Shown: in pieces, positions 50,951 to 62,704 of the stretch
Layout: each line of letters starts with the position of its first letter
Position numbering within the stretch: position 1 is the stretch's first letter
Notes under the pieces: model-generated
Databases searched by the model: none
What the model saw: only the letters and a program-made list of their open reading frames with translations
Told to the model about the DNA's origin: nothing
Source of the DNA: Felis catus
Lineage: Eukaryota
Assembly (NCBI RefSeq): GCF_018350175.1
Contig: NC_058368.1
Coordinates: forward strand, 10,540,001-10,604,000
Direction: 5' to 3'
Length of the DNA: 64,000 bases
Made by a program: the position numbers and the translations under genes

Positions 50951-51151
50951 ATTAAAAAAAATCTCTTCTTTGTGTTAATAGGGAACAACTGTATGTATTA
51001 TCAAATCTAGTTGAATTGCAACAGACATGATTATCTGTCTTTCAGTCAAAGAAACTAAGACCCAGAGAAAGAAAACATCTTGGCCAAGGATCCAGTCGTT
51101 GGCGAAACTGATACTCATATTCATTTACATAGAATACTGCCCCAGAGAAAC

Positions 51152-51422
51152 AGGCAGCAGCCATCAGCATTGAGACAAAGCCGTCCATAAGCAAAAAGAT
51201 TACAACTCGTTGGAAGCTCAGATGATTAGTATTTTCTAGCAGTATTTTAAAATTAAGGTAGGTACATTTTTTAGACACAATGCTACTGTATGCTTAATAG
51301 ACTATAGCAGTGTAAACGTCATTTTTACATGCACGAGGAAGACAGAAAGATCTTCGGACTTGTCATGGTCACTTTATTGCGGTGGTCTGGAACCAAACTC
51401 ACAATATCTCTGAGGTATGCTG
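51152..51422 (+). mobile_element. Tigger1 DNA transposon 3' end
   Basis: cagcagccatcagcattgagacaa...gcaaaaagattacaactc...actttattgcggtggtctggaaccaaactcacaatatctctgaggtatgctg + TA. Confidence 0.9.
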
Positions 51423-51579
51423 TACAAAGAGAATAAGTGACACGATGGTGAAGCTAGAGGGGAGAACCACTGGTTCCTTTGTCCTGGATAATGACACCCA
51501 ACAGTGCCGATCTTTGGAGTACTTTTCCCTGTTGTTTCATTCCACTGACTGAATTTGATTGTTTGGCCTCTAAGTCATT

Positions 51580-52850
51580 TTGTCTGCATGACCACAATTA
51601 TCACAATAAATATAGCAAACGTTCATCACCGACAAAAGTTTCTACATATCCCTTGCTTCAGGTAATCACCGATCTGCCTTCTTTAACAAAAGTAGTTTAT
51701 GGCTTGTTTATATTTTGTAGAATTTTACATAAGTGGAATCATATAGTATGCACTATTTTTTAAAATCTGGCTTCTTTCACTCATAAATGTTTTCAGAATC
51801 ATGTTCTTCCTTTTAATTGCAGAATAGTAACCCATTGCATAGTGTTATGGGTAGAATGTGTCTCCCCCCACCCCTCCCCATGAAAGATATGTTGAAGTCG
51901 TGACCTCTAGTATTTTAGAATGTGGCTTTCTTTGGAAATAGGATCAGTACGGAGACAATCAAGTTAAAATGAGGTTATTAGGGTGGTCCCTCATCCAATG
52001 TGACTGGTTTCCTTATAAAATAAGAAACTTTGGACACAGAAAAATGCACAGAGGAAAAATGATGTAAGCACACAGGGAGAACATCAACTACAAGTCGAGA
52101 AATTCCTGAGGCTGCCAGAGGCTAGGAGAGAGGGCCGGAACTGATCTCTTTCAGAGCACGTAGAAGGACACCTTGGTTTTGGATTTCTGGCCTCTAGAAC
52201 TGTGAAACAATAAATACCCGTTGTTCAGGACACTTGTTATGGTAGCCCTAAGAAACTAATACATCCGGATATACACTAATACATGTGGATCTAGACTAAC
52301 ACATACGGGTATACAAAATGTGTCTGTTTGTCTCTACTAATAGACATTTGGGGTTGTTTCCAGTTCGGGGCTATTAACAAAAGCCCAAATGGCAGCTTTG
52401 TGTGGACATGTGTTTTCGTTTCTCTTGGGTAAGTATCTGAGAGAGGAAGGATGGATCCCATAGTAATTACGTGCTTAACTTTTCCAAGTAACTACCAAAC
52501 TCATTTCCAAAGTAACTGTACCATTTAAAAATCTGACCTATGAAAGGCAGCCCATGAGAGTTCTATTTCCTCCACATCCTTGCCAATATTTGGTTTGACC
52601 GGTCTGTTCAATTTTAGCCATGCTATTAGGTGACTAGTGGTATTTCACTGTGCTTTTAGTTTGCATTTTCCTAATAACTGATAATATTGAGCATCTTGTC
52701 ATATGCTCCTTTACTATCTGTATATCTTCTTTGGTGGAGCATCTATTCGTTGTTTTTGCTCATTTCGCTGGGTTGTACATTTTCTTATTGCTGAGTTTTG
52801 AGTATTTTTATACGTTCTGGATATAAATTCTTTATTAATTTATAAATATT
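51580..52850 (-). mobile_element. L1MB/ME 3' region, interrupted by an MLT1 LTR
   Basis: ttgtagaattttacataagtggaatcatatagtatgc...tagacatttggggttgtttccagttcgggg...tttgcattttcctaataactgataatattgagcatc. Confidence 0.85.
51843..52263 (+). mobile_element. MLT1B/C MaLR solo LTR
   Basis: tgttatgggtagaatgtgtctcccc...aagttaaaatgaggttattagggtgg...ttctggcctctagaactgtgaaacaataaat...gaaactaataca. Confidence 0.88.
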
Positions 52851-53091
52851 TTCAAACTTAAAAAAATTTTGACTTTATGTTTTGCACAATGTAATAAAGT
52901 ATATTATAGTTCTGATGTAAAACCTACAGTTATAAAACTTCTAGAGGAAACCAAGGAGTGGACATTTGTGACCTTGGGTTAGGCAAGATTTCTTCATTAT
53001 GACACCAAAAGCATGAACCATGAATGAACAAATTGATAAAATAGACCTTATCAAAATTAAAGATGTCTGCTCTTTAAAAGACTCTGTTTAA

Positions 53092-53300
53092 ACTGATGGT
53101 TGCTGAAGGAGAGATGGATGGGGAGATGGGTTAAATAGGTGACAGAGATTAAGGAGGGCACTTGTGATAAGCACTGGGTGTTGTATGTAAGTGATGAATC
53201 ATGAAATTCTATGAATCATGAAATTCTACACCTTTAATATTAAACTGTATGTTAACCAAATGGAAATTATTTCATTTTTAAAAAATGTTTATTTATTTAT

Positions 53301-53353
<53 letters not shown>

Positions 53354-53540
53354 GAGAGCAAGAAGGGGAGGGACAGAGAGAGAGGGAGAGAGAGAATCCC
53401 AAGCAGGCCCTACACTGTCGATGCGGGGCTCGAACCCACAAACCATGAGATCATGACCTGAGCCGAAACCAAGAGTCAGATGCTTAACCAACACAGATGC
53501 CCCAGCTAAACAGAATTTAAATAAAAATTCAGAGACAAAA
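53092..53540 (+). mobile_element. L1_Carn-like 3' end (5'-truncated), itself interrupted by a SINE
   Basis: gattaaggagggcacttgtgataagcactgggtgttgtatgtaagtgatgaatca; TSD aaagactctgtttaa / aaagagactgtttaa. Confidence 0.85.
53271..53503 (-). mobile_element. Can-SINE (SINEC_Fc2-like)
   Basis: Long (GA)n, gaatcccaagcaggc, gagatcatgacctgagccgaaaccaagagtcagatgcttaacc. Confidence 0.93.
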
Positions 53541-53689
53541 AAAGAGACTGTTTAAGGAATAAGAAGACAAACAACAAAATGAAAGAAAATATTTCCAAAA
53601 TGCACATCTTGTACAAGACTTTTACCTATAATATTCTTGAAACTCAATAAGGAAATAGTGAACTCAATATTAAAAATGGACAAAGTATT

Positions 53690-54020
53690 TTTTCTTAGTC
53701 TGTAGCTTTTTCATTTTCTTGTTTTCTTCCAGAAGTTTAATAGTTTTAGATTTTACACTTAAATCTATGATTTATTTTGAGTTGATTTTTATAAATGGTA
53801 TGATGTATAGATTGAAGTTCTCTCTCTCTCTCTCTCTCTCACATAGGACATCCAATTTACCACTCACCTGCCTTTGTACCTTGGTCAAAAAATAGTTGTC
53901 TATACTTGTTGATATGCTCATATATATTTAGAATCTTCTTTTCTATTGATTTATCTTCATGCCAATTCCACACTGTCTTGATTACTTCTGTTTTATAATA
54001 TCCTCGAAATAAGGAAGAGT
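53690..54020 (-). mobile_element. L1M ORF2 fragment
   Basis: ttccagaagtttaatagttttagattttacacttaaatctatga...ccaattccacactgtcttgattac. Confidence 0.75.
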
Positions 54021-54022
54021 TT

Positions 54023-54084
54023 GGGGCACCTAGGTGGCTCAGTCAATTAAGTGGTTAGGTGTCTGACTCTTGATTTTGGTTTGG
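54023..54084 (+). mobile_element. Can-SINE 5' head only
   Basis: ggggcacctaggtggctcagtc...gtctgactcttgattttggt, then an abrupt switch to L1. Confidence 0.8.
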
Positions 54085-55127
54085 ATAGTTACTATTACTG
54101 TCTTCAAGTTCATTAATCTTTATTTCTAATAATATCTAATCTGCTGTTAATACCATCCAATGTAGTTTTCATCTTAGACATTGTAGTTTTCATCTCTAGA
54201 AATTTGATTTGGATTTAAAAAATATCTTATGTCTCTACTTAAATTTCTGAACATGTATGATATGGTTATAATAACTTTTAATGTCTCTGCTAACTCTCAC
54301 ATCTATATCAATTCTGGATTGATTTTTACTCTCATTATTGGTTATATTTTTCTGCTTCTTTGCATGGCTGGTGACTTTTAAACTGGATTCCAGGTATTGT
54401 GAATTTTACCTTGTTAGGTGCTGGACATTTTTGTTTTCCTATAAATATTCTTAATTGTTTTTCTTGGGATGCAATTAAGAAACAGGTTGGCCTTTTTTGT
54501 GTCTTGCTTTTAAGATTTGTTTAGGTAGAATAAGAGCGGCATTTAACCTAAGGCTACTTATTGCTCACTACTGAAATAAGATACTTCTGAGTATTTTACT
54601 AGATGTTTCATGGGATATGAGGTTTCCCATTCTGGCTGGTGAAAAGAGGTCATATTTCTGGTCCTGTGTGAACTCCAAAGACTGTTTCCTCTGATCCTTC
54701 TGGGGCGGTTATTTGCTAACATCAAGTATTTTCATCACACATATGCACTGAACAGTACTCTTGAGAATACTCAAAGGGGGTCCCCTGCAGATCTCTCCCA
54801 TCTCTGCTATTTGTACTGCAAATGCTAGCCAATTTGGTCTCCGTGGATGCTCAGCTTAATCTACTCAACTCGGGGAAACCACTGCAATCTGCTTTGGTTT
54901 CCACCCCCTGTATCATGGTATAAGAACTCTCTTACAGAATTAAAAGGGGCAATTTTAGAGCTCCCCTCATTTGTTTCCTGTCCCTTACAGATTGCTCTCC
55001 TCAATGGCCTGATATCCAGTGTCTTGAAAACCCCTGTTGCTTATATTTTGCCCTTTTAGTGGTGGGTTTGTTTCCAAGAGATGGTGAAACTAGTTTCTTA
55101 CTTCAACTTGGCTAGAACTGGAAGTCT
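54085..55127 (-). mobile_element. Old L1 (L1MC/MD-type) 5' end and ORF1 start
   Basis: Minus strand begins gacttccagttctagccaagttgaagtaag; tcttcaagttcattaatc...tctaatctgctgttaataccatccaatg antisense coiled-coil region. Confidence 0.7.
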
Positions 55128-57720
55128 TATGTCCCAGATGTAAAAGGACTTCAAAAGGACTCAGAGTTTTATAAGATTATATTCAAAATGTCTAGGATAC
55201 AATTTAAACTCATTTGACATGCCAAAAAGAGAAAATCTCAATAACTCATAAGGAAAAAACACTCAACAGCTGCCCACCCTGTAGTGATGTGAATCCTGGT
55301 GATCTAAATCCTCTAACAAACTTTAAAGCAACTATAATAACTATGTTTCATGAAATAAGGTTGAACAATCTTGAAACCAATGGAAAGATAATAGTTCTCA
55401 GCAGGGAAAGAGAAGCTGTAAAAAATAAAATGGACATTTTAGAACTAAAAAAAGTAATGATGACACAGAAAAGAATCTATAAACTTGAATAGAGCAATAG
55501 AAAACATCCAATTTGAATACCAGAGAAAAATTTATTGGGAAAAAAAGTTAACAGAGTCTCAGGGACCTGTGGAATAGTATAAAGATACAAAATTCATGCC
55601 AGTTGAAACCTATGAAAGGAGATGATGCAGAATAAATATTTGAAGAAATAATGGCTTAAAACTTCCAAAATTTGGTAAAAGAGATAAGTTTACAGTTTCA
55701 AGAAACTTAATGAACGTTTAACTGGATAAACTCAAAGAAAACCATGCCCAGATACATCTTAATCAAATTGCTGAAAACCAACATTAAAAAAAATCTTGAA
55801 AGTTTCCAGAGAAAAAAATTACACACTACATTCGAATGACTGTGGATTTTTCATGAGAAACAATAAAGGACAGAATAAAGGGACACAACACTTTAAAAGT
55901 AGTAGAAGAAATGAACTGTCCACCCAGGATTCTCTATCCAATAAGAATACCTTTGAAGAATGAAGGAATAATAACAACAGTCTGAGTTGAAAGAAAACGA
56001 AGAGAATTTTAGTCAAAAGCATTTCTTCTCTAAAACAAATGTTAAAGGAAGAACTTCAGGAAAAAAGGAAATTGTACCATAGGGAAACTTGGAACTTTAG
56101 GCATGAAGGAAGAGCAACATAAGTGGTAAACGACTAGGTACATATGACAGATTATTTTCTCCTCTACATATGGAATACGTATGTACATGTGTTCTCTGGA
56201 ATGCATATGATGATACAAAGCCAAAATTATACTATTGCCTGGGTAGGTTTTACTGTATGTAGATGTAATACATATGACAACTACAAATACAACATAAAAG
56301 GGGGAGGATACATTTTCTACATTTAACCCTAAGAGGTAAAATATTAATTTTAATCGACTATAAAAAGGGACATATGTATGTGGTAATGACTAGACCAACC
56401 ACACAAAGGGATAAAGACAAAAAGAGTAGATAAATTAAGATGGAATATAAAGTTAAATATATCAAACATTTTCACAAAAGGGGAAAAGAGGAATACAAAA
56501 TAGAGGGGGAAAAAACAAAATAATGGCAGACTAAAACACCAACTTATCAATAATTACATTAAATATAAATGGTCTAAGCACACAAAATAAAAGATAGCAA
56601 TCATTAAGTTGGACAAAAAACTAAGACTCAAATATGTGTTGTTGAGAAACCAACCCACTGAAAACATCTTGATATAGATAGGTTAAAAGTGAAAAGAAAA
56701 ATATGTAATGTGCAAACACTTAACAAAAGAAAGCTGGATTGTCTCCATTAATGTTAAACAAAGTAGACTTTAGAACAAGGAAAATTACCAAGAGGCATCG
56801 TTACGTAATAACAGGGTCAATTCACTAAGAAGACATACAATCTTTTATATGTATGCACACACAGAAAACCAAAACAAAACCCAAAAAATGGCAATAAAAT
56901 ACAATTAGAAGAACTGCAAGGAGAAATAAACCTACAATTATACTTGGAGGCTTTCAGTTTTGTCTTTCAGTAACAGAACAAGCAGACAAAAACATTACCA
57001 AGACCATAGAAGACCTGAACAACAACATCCCACCAAAGAATAGCAGAATACACATTTTTTTCAAGTGCACAGGAAATACTTATCAAGACAGAACATATAC
57101 TGGGTCATAAAAACAACCTTAACATATTTAAAAGTATTAAAATCTTTCAAAATATATCCTCTAATCAAAATGCAATTAATCTAGAAGTCAATAACAAAAA
57201 TATCTGGAAATCTCCCAATTCTTAGAAATTAGATAATAATCTAGATAAGAAATTAGATAATAAACAATCCATGGGCCGGAGAGCAAGTATCAGAGTGAAA
57301 ATGAAAATACAACATATCAAAATTGGTGAGGTAAAAACTACAGTAGTGTTTAGGGGAAAATATGTTATTAAATGTATATATGAGAAAAGACAAGAGGCCC
57401 CAAGTTAATGATATAATTCTTCTTTAGGGAACTAGACAAAGAACAAACTAAACCAAAGTTATCAGAAAAAAGTAAATAATAAAAGCATAAATCCATAAAA
57501 TTGAAAACAGAAAAGAAATAAATACCAGAAATTGACTTTTTCAAATGTTCAGTAAGAATGGTAAAACTTTGTACAGATTAACCAGAGAAGGAGAGGGAGA
57601 GAGAGAGGGAGAGAGAGGGAGAGAGAAAAAATTATAAATATCAGGAGGGGAAAAGATGGTATCATTACAGACCCAACATACGTTAAAAGTGTACTAAGGG
57701 AATATTATAAAGAACTCTAC

Positions 57721-57878
57721 CATAAGAGACTCTTAAATATAGAGAAAAAACTGAGGGTTTGATGGGGGGGGGGTGGGAGAGAGGGGAAAGTAGGTGATGG
57801 GCATTGAGGAGGGCACTTGCTGGGATGAGCATTGGGTATTGTATGGAAACCTATTTGACAACAATATTAAAAAAAAAA
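57721..57878 (+). mobile_element. Felid L1 (L1_Fc-like) 3' UTR, 5'-truncated, with poly(A)
   Basis: cataagagactcttaaa...ctgagggtttgatgggg...gggcattgaggagggcacttgctgggatgagcattgggt; TSD aaagaactcta at 57709-57719 and 57879-57889. Confidence 0.9.
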
Positions 57879-57992
57879 AAAGAACTCTATGCACATACAT
57901 TTAACAACTTCAATGAAATAGAAATTCCTCTGAATACACAAACTACCAAAACTCACCGAAGAAGAAATAATTTGAATAGTTCTATGTTTTTT

Positions 57993-58212
57993 TTTATTTT
58001 TTTTTAAAATATTTATTTATTTTTGAGACAGAGAGAGACAGAGCATGAACGGGAGAGTGCCAGAGAGAGAGAGGGAGACACAGAATCCAAAGCAGGCTCC
58101 AGGCTCTGAGCTGCCAGCACAGAGCCCAACGCGGGGCTTGAACTCACGGACCGTGAGACCATGACCTGAGCCGAAGTCGGACGCTTAACCGACTGAGCCA
58201 CCCAGGCGCCCC
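57993..58212 (-). mobile_element. Young Can-SINE (SINEC_Fc)
   Basis: Full length, CpG-rich; TSD agttctatgtttttt at 57978-57992 and 58213-58227. Confidence 0.97.
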
Positions 58213-59409
58213 AGTTCTATGTTTTTTAAGGAAATTGAATTCATAGTTAGGTAGCACAGATCAGTATGGACAAGAGAAAAATAATCAAGACTAACTGATG
58301 TAGGCTCCTTAACTTCTCTCTGCTGAGGAATGAATATACTGGTCTCTCAAATCTAAGATTTTGGTTGTTAACTTATTTGATGAAGGGTGTTGAGTAGTGG
58401 GTTGAGAACGACAGGTTTTGAGCAAATGTCTTGAAATAGGAGAGTGATATGATAAACGGTTCCTAAGGTCTTAATCTCCTTAAAGTAAGGAGTTTTTGGT
58501 GAATTATTTTTGAATTGGTATCTACTTAGAATAGATAGCCTCTAAAAACAGGGATAATGACCAGGGGGACGTGACAGAAATGTGGTGGTAAAGATTTGAT
58601 CTAGGCAGGCAGTTTTCAACAATGAATGTAAGGGATAAATCTAAGAACTGGTACAGTTTATATACAACCACATGTTTGTTTTAATTTTTCTCTAAGTAAG
58701 GTATTTTTCTATATAAGATAACACATAGCTATGCTTTTTGGGTAAAAGGCAATACATATTAACTAAGCACTTCTAAAGCATCTGGAAAAAGCTGCCTAAT
58801 TCAATACCCTTTCCCTCATCTGTTCTAGACAGTTAAACATGTTTTGGACTAGCCGAATTTCCACAATACTTTTTTTTTTTACATTAAAATGGCTGAATTC
58901 TCCAGGCAGAAAATGAAAACCCTAAAATAGAGACAGAATAACAAGTATTACTTCTGTTAAAACAAATACAGAATTTAAATACACAATTGAGCTACTTCTG
59001 TTTATGTGTTTTAACATTTAAATCTTCTTATCCTATACAATAATTGAAACTGCCCAAAGAAAAATAACCAATTTGAGACTGAATAAAACGAGGCTGGTGG
59101 TCTCAGGAACAAGCATATTAGTCAAGTAGTGTTGGCAAAATCCATTTTTGTGTGTAATTTTGAGAATAAGCCTTTAGGTCAGCGTTGAGTTTGTGCGTGT
59201 GCCGAGAGCTAAAACAATGTGGCCAATGAGAACGGCTCTTGTGTGATGTTCTCAGTTTCTAACTTTATCCCCATCTGTTTGAACATTCCTGCAGTGGTGC
59301 CCAGAACAGCTTGTTGGTAACAATGAGGCAGTTTCAAGGGGCACATTTTTCTAGAGACCAAATGATCTTCAAAACACTCAAGAGAAAATCAAGGTGGTCT
59401 TCTAAGCTC

Positions 59410-59592
59410 TTGGTATTCTAAGTTTTGTTCATGGATCGGAAGCACGGACATATCCAGAAGCTATGCTGGAAATACAGTATCTCAGCCCCAACACCCCGCG
59501 CCCCCCCCCCCCCACCACTATGATCTATTGAATCAGAATGTCCTGTCATTTCATCAAGACTCCCAGGTGATATTACAACTCGAGACAATGTG
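59410..59592. mobile_element. MER5A hAT-Charlie with an internal C-run
   Basis: tggaaatacagtatctcagcccca...ctattgaatcagaat...catcaagactcccaggtgat. Confidence 0.7.
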
Positions 59593-60719
59593 TTTTAAGC
59601 TCTTGGAACAGGTTTTGCTGGGAGATGAAAGGTTTACATATTTTAAGAGACAAGTGCTGATTCTTTAGGTGAGGGTTTTGGCACGGCAGCTATGTGACTG
59701 AACAGCATGCAGGGACAATACAGAAAAGGAAAAGGCCTCTGCTGGCAATGACGCTCAGAAAACTAACCTCCTATGGCACAGCAGAGTTCCTGGAGGTCCT
59801 CAGAACGGTTATCAAGTTTTAAGGCAAGAGTTTCGGTATCAGGCAAGTGGTATTAATGCTTTCCTCATGTTTAGACAAATCCACCTGTTTTTATAAGTAT
59901 GCATTTATGAATTAATAAGCATGTACAAGAGGTCAATCTTCCAGCACTTTCTCAGACCAAGAGAAAATAATTATCTGTAAACAGTCTGATTTTGTAATCA
60001 CACAAAAAACATCTCCTTCCTGCAGCAGGGACACAGGGTGAGAAGGTCCAGTTTGTAATTCACAACCTGGAGAGGGGCTGAGTGCTATACTAGGGTCCAA
60101 ATTCGGTCTTTCTCCAATTTCCAAAGCACAATCCTGGCCCGAACCTCTGGACACACAGAGAACTCTGCCAGTAACAGTCTGTGCAGGATGAGGAAATCCT
60201 TCCTTTGTCAGTCTCTGGCAGTCAGGACCCCTCTGCTTCATTTCAAGATTAATTTTCTAGCTAAATCTTTGTACTCCTCGTTCTCAAAGATCTTTGTGAG
60301 GAGAACAGACAGATCTGGATGGTCTAGATGAGCTTGACCAAGTGATTTCACACATGGATGGAGCACAGAGCTAGGCTTGGGTGGGGTGGAACTCTCTTCC
60401 TTTGTTTCTCCCTTTGGATGTCCGTGTCCCCTCCTTCAACAGCTACTTTCACGACCTTTCGTTGGCTCATTAATGGGTTTCCATTTAGAAATGAGAATAT
60501 AAGCGATATCTAAATGTCCAATAATAAGGGTGTTTTAACCATCTGCTTTTATTGATTTGATCGTTCACCCTGTCATTTTGGGACTCTCTTATGGTGCTGT
60601 GCTTGGATATTTAAAATGTTCTTCACTGAATCATTCTCAAAGCTTCTGGAAAGTCCAACAATGAGTTACCACATGGAACCTTCACAGAATCCCCAGAATG
60701 CAAAGTCCTGATACTAGGA

Positions 60720-60960
60720 ACAGTAAAGAACAGGGAGAGGGATACTGTCTCAGAAGCCAGACACGTGGGTGTTGGCACCTTAGCTCTGTCACACCTAGCT
60801 GTGCCACCTTGGGTAAGTTTCTTAAGCCTCAGTGAGCCTCCGTTCCTCACTGTAATAGGGGAAAAATACTACCTATTGGGGAGATTCTGTGAGGATTCAG
60901 AGAGAGAAGTGTAGATCTCTTAGCGAGAAACACAGGCACTTAGTAAAGAATCAAGAGGAT
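60720..60960 (+). mobile_element. MIR SINE
   Basis: ctagctgtgccaccttgggtaagtttcttaagcctcagtgagcctccgttcctcactgtaataggg. Confidence 0.8.
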
Positions 60961-60989
60961 TATGCTCCTTTTTCCTTTGTATTGTGAAT

Positions 60990-61600
60990 ATTTTAGTGTG
61001 GTTTCCCTAGAGTACGGAGCCTGAGTCAAAACTTAAGTGCCAACGTTTTGCTGAGGGGGTGCGATACAGGGAAGCAAGAGTGAAGGAACCAGGTAAGTGA
61101 GGTAGGGGATGAGAGAAAGCAAGGGCAAAGGAGTGCATTCCAAGCTGTCCAGATTACCTGGAAACTTAGCTGGTTGCTCAGACAACTCCAGGGAGGGGAA
61201 AATGGAACCACTAGATCCCGGAACAGTCTCTTAGGGAGGAGAGAGGAAGAAGAATCTGTTGGCTGCTTTCTATCTCCTCTTGCTCACTGAACAAAGTCTC
61301 CCCCTCTCTCTACCACTGGGGTGTAACTCTCTAACATTTCTGGGTTATTTTTTCCACAAGAGCAGTGGCATTTAGCTAGTGAAAGGGCACGAGCCAGCAA
61401 CATTTTATGCCTGCCTTTCTGCACACTGCCTTCTGAAAGACCCATCCTGGAAAGCCGGGGGGATGGGGTGGGGGGAGCTTAGGAAGCTTCTGGCATCTGT
61501 ACTTCAGCAGTGACGGCAAAACACAAGGGCAGGAAAAGAGAGCCCCGTAGTGTAAGGTCAGAGGTATGAGATGAGGCGGGTTTGGTCCTGTTTCTAGCAA
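60990..61600 (-). mobile_element. LTR33/LTR16-like ERVL LTR
   Basis: ggtttccctagagtacggagcctgagtcaaaac...gggaagcaagagtgaaggaacc...tggggtgtaactctctaacatttctgggtt. Confidence 0.55.
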
Positions 61601-62242
61601 CATGGGAAACCCAAAGCAGCTGCTTGCTGAGGCAGGGCCAAGTGCTGGGGAGCCTGGTGCAATGGGAAGTCAGCCTCCATCAGGAGGGCAAGGACGGAGG
61701 TCGGGCAGCTTCTCTTCAGTAGATTCACATCACCTCTCCGCCCTGACAAGAGTGCCATTGGCGCCAAGCGATCTTCCTGGAGGGTCATCTGTTTCCCCAA
61801 GCAGGCGACATAGCCAAGCAAATCTGAGAAGCGCATAAATCGGGTCTGGTATTACGAGAACAGGATACGGCCTTTCAACAGCATATGAACGCAAAGGGAA
61901 CGCAACAGTGGCTCACTGCACAGATCTGACCCGGCTTAAGTTTATTTTTAGGGCCCCTCTGGTTAAAGCTCAGGAGAAGGGTTGGGTTTAGAGGCCTTGA
62001 TTTGCAGAGTTAGCTTGTCACCTGACTTCAGAGTCCACGCTCAATCACGTAAGTGTGCCTACTGCCCCGGCACAGCTGTGCACCAAAACTGGGGCACTAT
62101 CATCGGCCAGCATGCGCAGAGATGAGGCCTCATGTCTCAGTGCACCTGCAGTGACAGAACCAGAGGCCGCAGAAGACACTGAAAACCCAAGAAAAAAAAG
62201 AAAAGGCTTTAGCAACGGAGCACCAAGAGAGAAATCGAGAAA

Positions 62243-62405
62243 TTGAGGAACGTACTTGTGACGAGCCGTGGGTGATGTATAGAATTGTCGAGTCACTGTA
62301 TGGTTCACCTGCGGCTAATAATACAGCACTGTGTGTTAACTATACTGGAATTAAAATAAAATTAAAAATTAAATACGTTAAAAAAAATTGTTACGTAAAA
62401 AAAAT
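62243..62405 (+). mobile_element. L1_Carn-like 3' terminus (GC-shifted)
   Basis: acttgtgacgagccgtgggtgatgtatagaattgtcgagtcactg...gttaactatactggaattaaaataaaa + A-rich tail. Confidence 0.85.
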
Positions 62406-62704
62406 GAAGGACAACGAAAGTTGCAGGTTGGAGGGAGCGACCATCAGTTTCAGGGGATGCCAGGAAACCAGCCCAGTAGAACAGGAATAAGAAACAACAT
62501 ACTGGAGACCAGAGCAATTTCTGTGGCATGATGGGGGCTGGGAATATTGCTAAGGACTGAGCACCGTGCAACGGAAGTGAGGAAACAGCTGGTATTTTTT
62601 TTTACCAAAAAATACAAAAAAGTATTTTTTACTTAACGATTGTCAGAGAAGCAAACGAAGGAAAGTTATGGTAGCTCGAGAAGCAGGGTTGACGCGAGGT
62701 AAGT

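Larger units (their letters stand above)
52900..53690 (+). mobile_element. L1MB-like ORF2 3' fragment hosting L1_Carn and a SINE
   Basis: ataaaacttctagaggaaa...gtgaccttgggttaggcaag...aattgataaaatagaccttatcaaaattaaa; resumes aagaagacaaac...aaaatggacaaag. Confidence 0.8.
55130..58250 (+). mobile_element. Old L1M (ORF1, inter-ORF region and ORF2 endonuclease), decayed
   Basis: ORF1-like remnant at 55214-55492 (FKATIITMFHEIR...MDILELK); cagagtctcagggacctgtgg; ORF2 landmarks aattacattaaatataaatggtctaa, agcagaatacacattttttt-caagtgcaca. Confidence 0.85.

Noticed and set aside
47769..54084. A 6.3-kb inversion splitting one SINE into a headless body (-) and a lone head (+)
   Set aside because: The geometry fits, but the two pieces overlap in consensus position, carry different subfamily diagnostics (gacttc... 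versus gactcttgattttgg) and share no convincing TSD
55214..57700. Active or intact LINE-1
   Set aside because: ORF1 and ORF2 are broken by stops, frameshifts, deletions and later insertions
59486..59516. G-quadruplex-like C-run inside MER5A (similar G-runs near 12190 and 22330)
   Set aside because: Homopolymer expansions are common and nothing suggests function
62055..62246. NLS-like PRKKRK in a 63-aa ORF
   Set aside because: Produced by an A-rich run; GTG start and no other coding evidence
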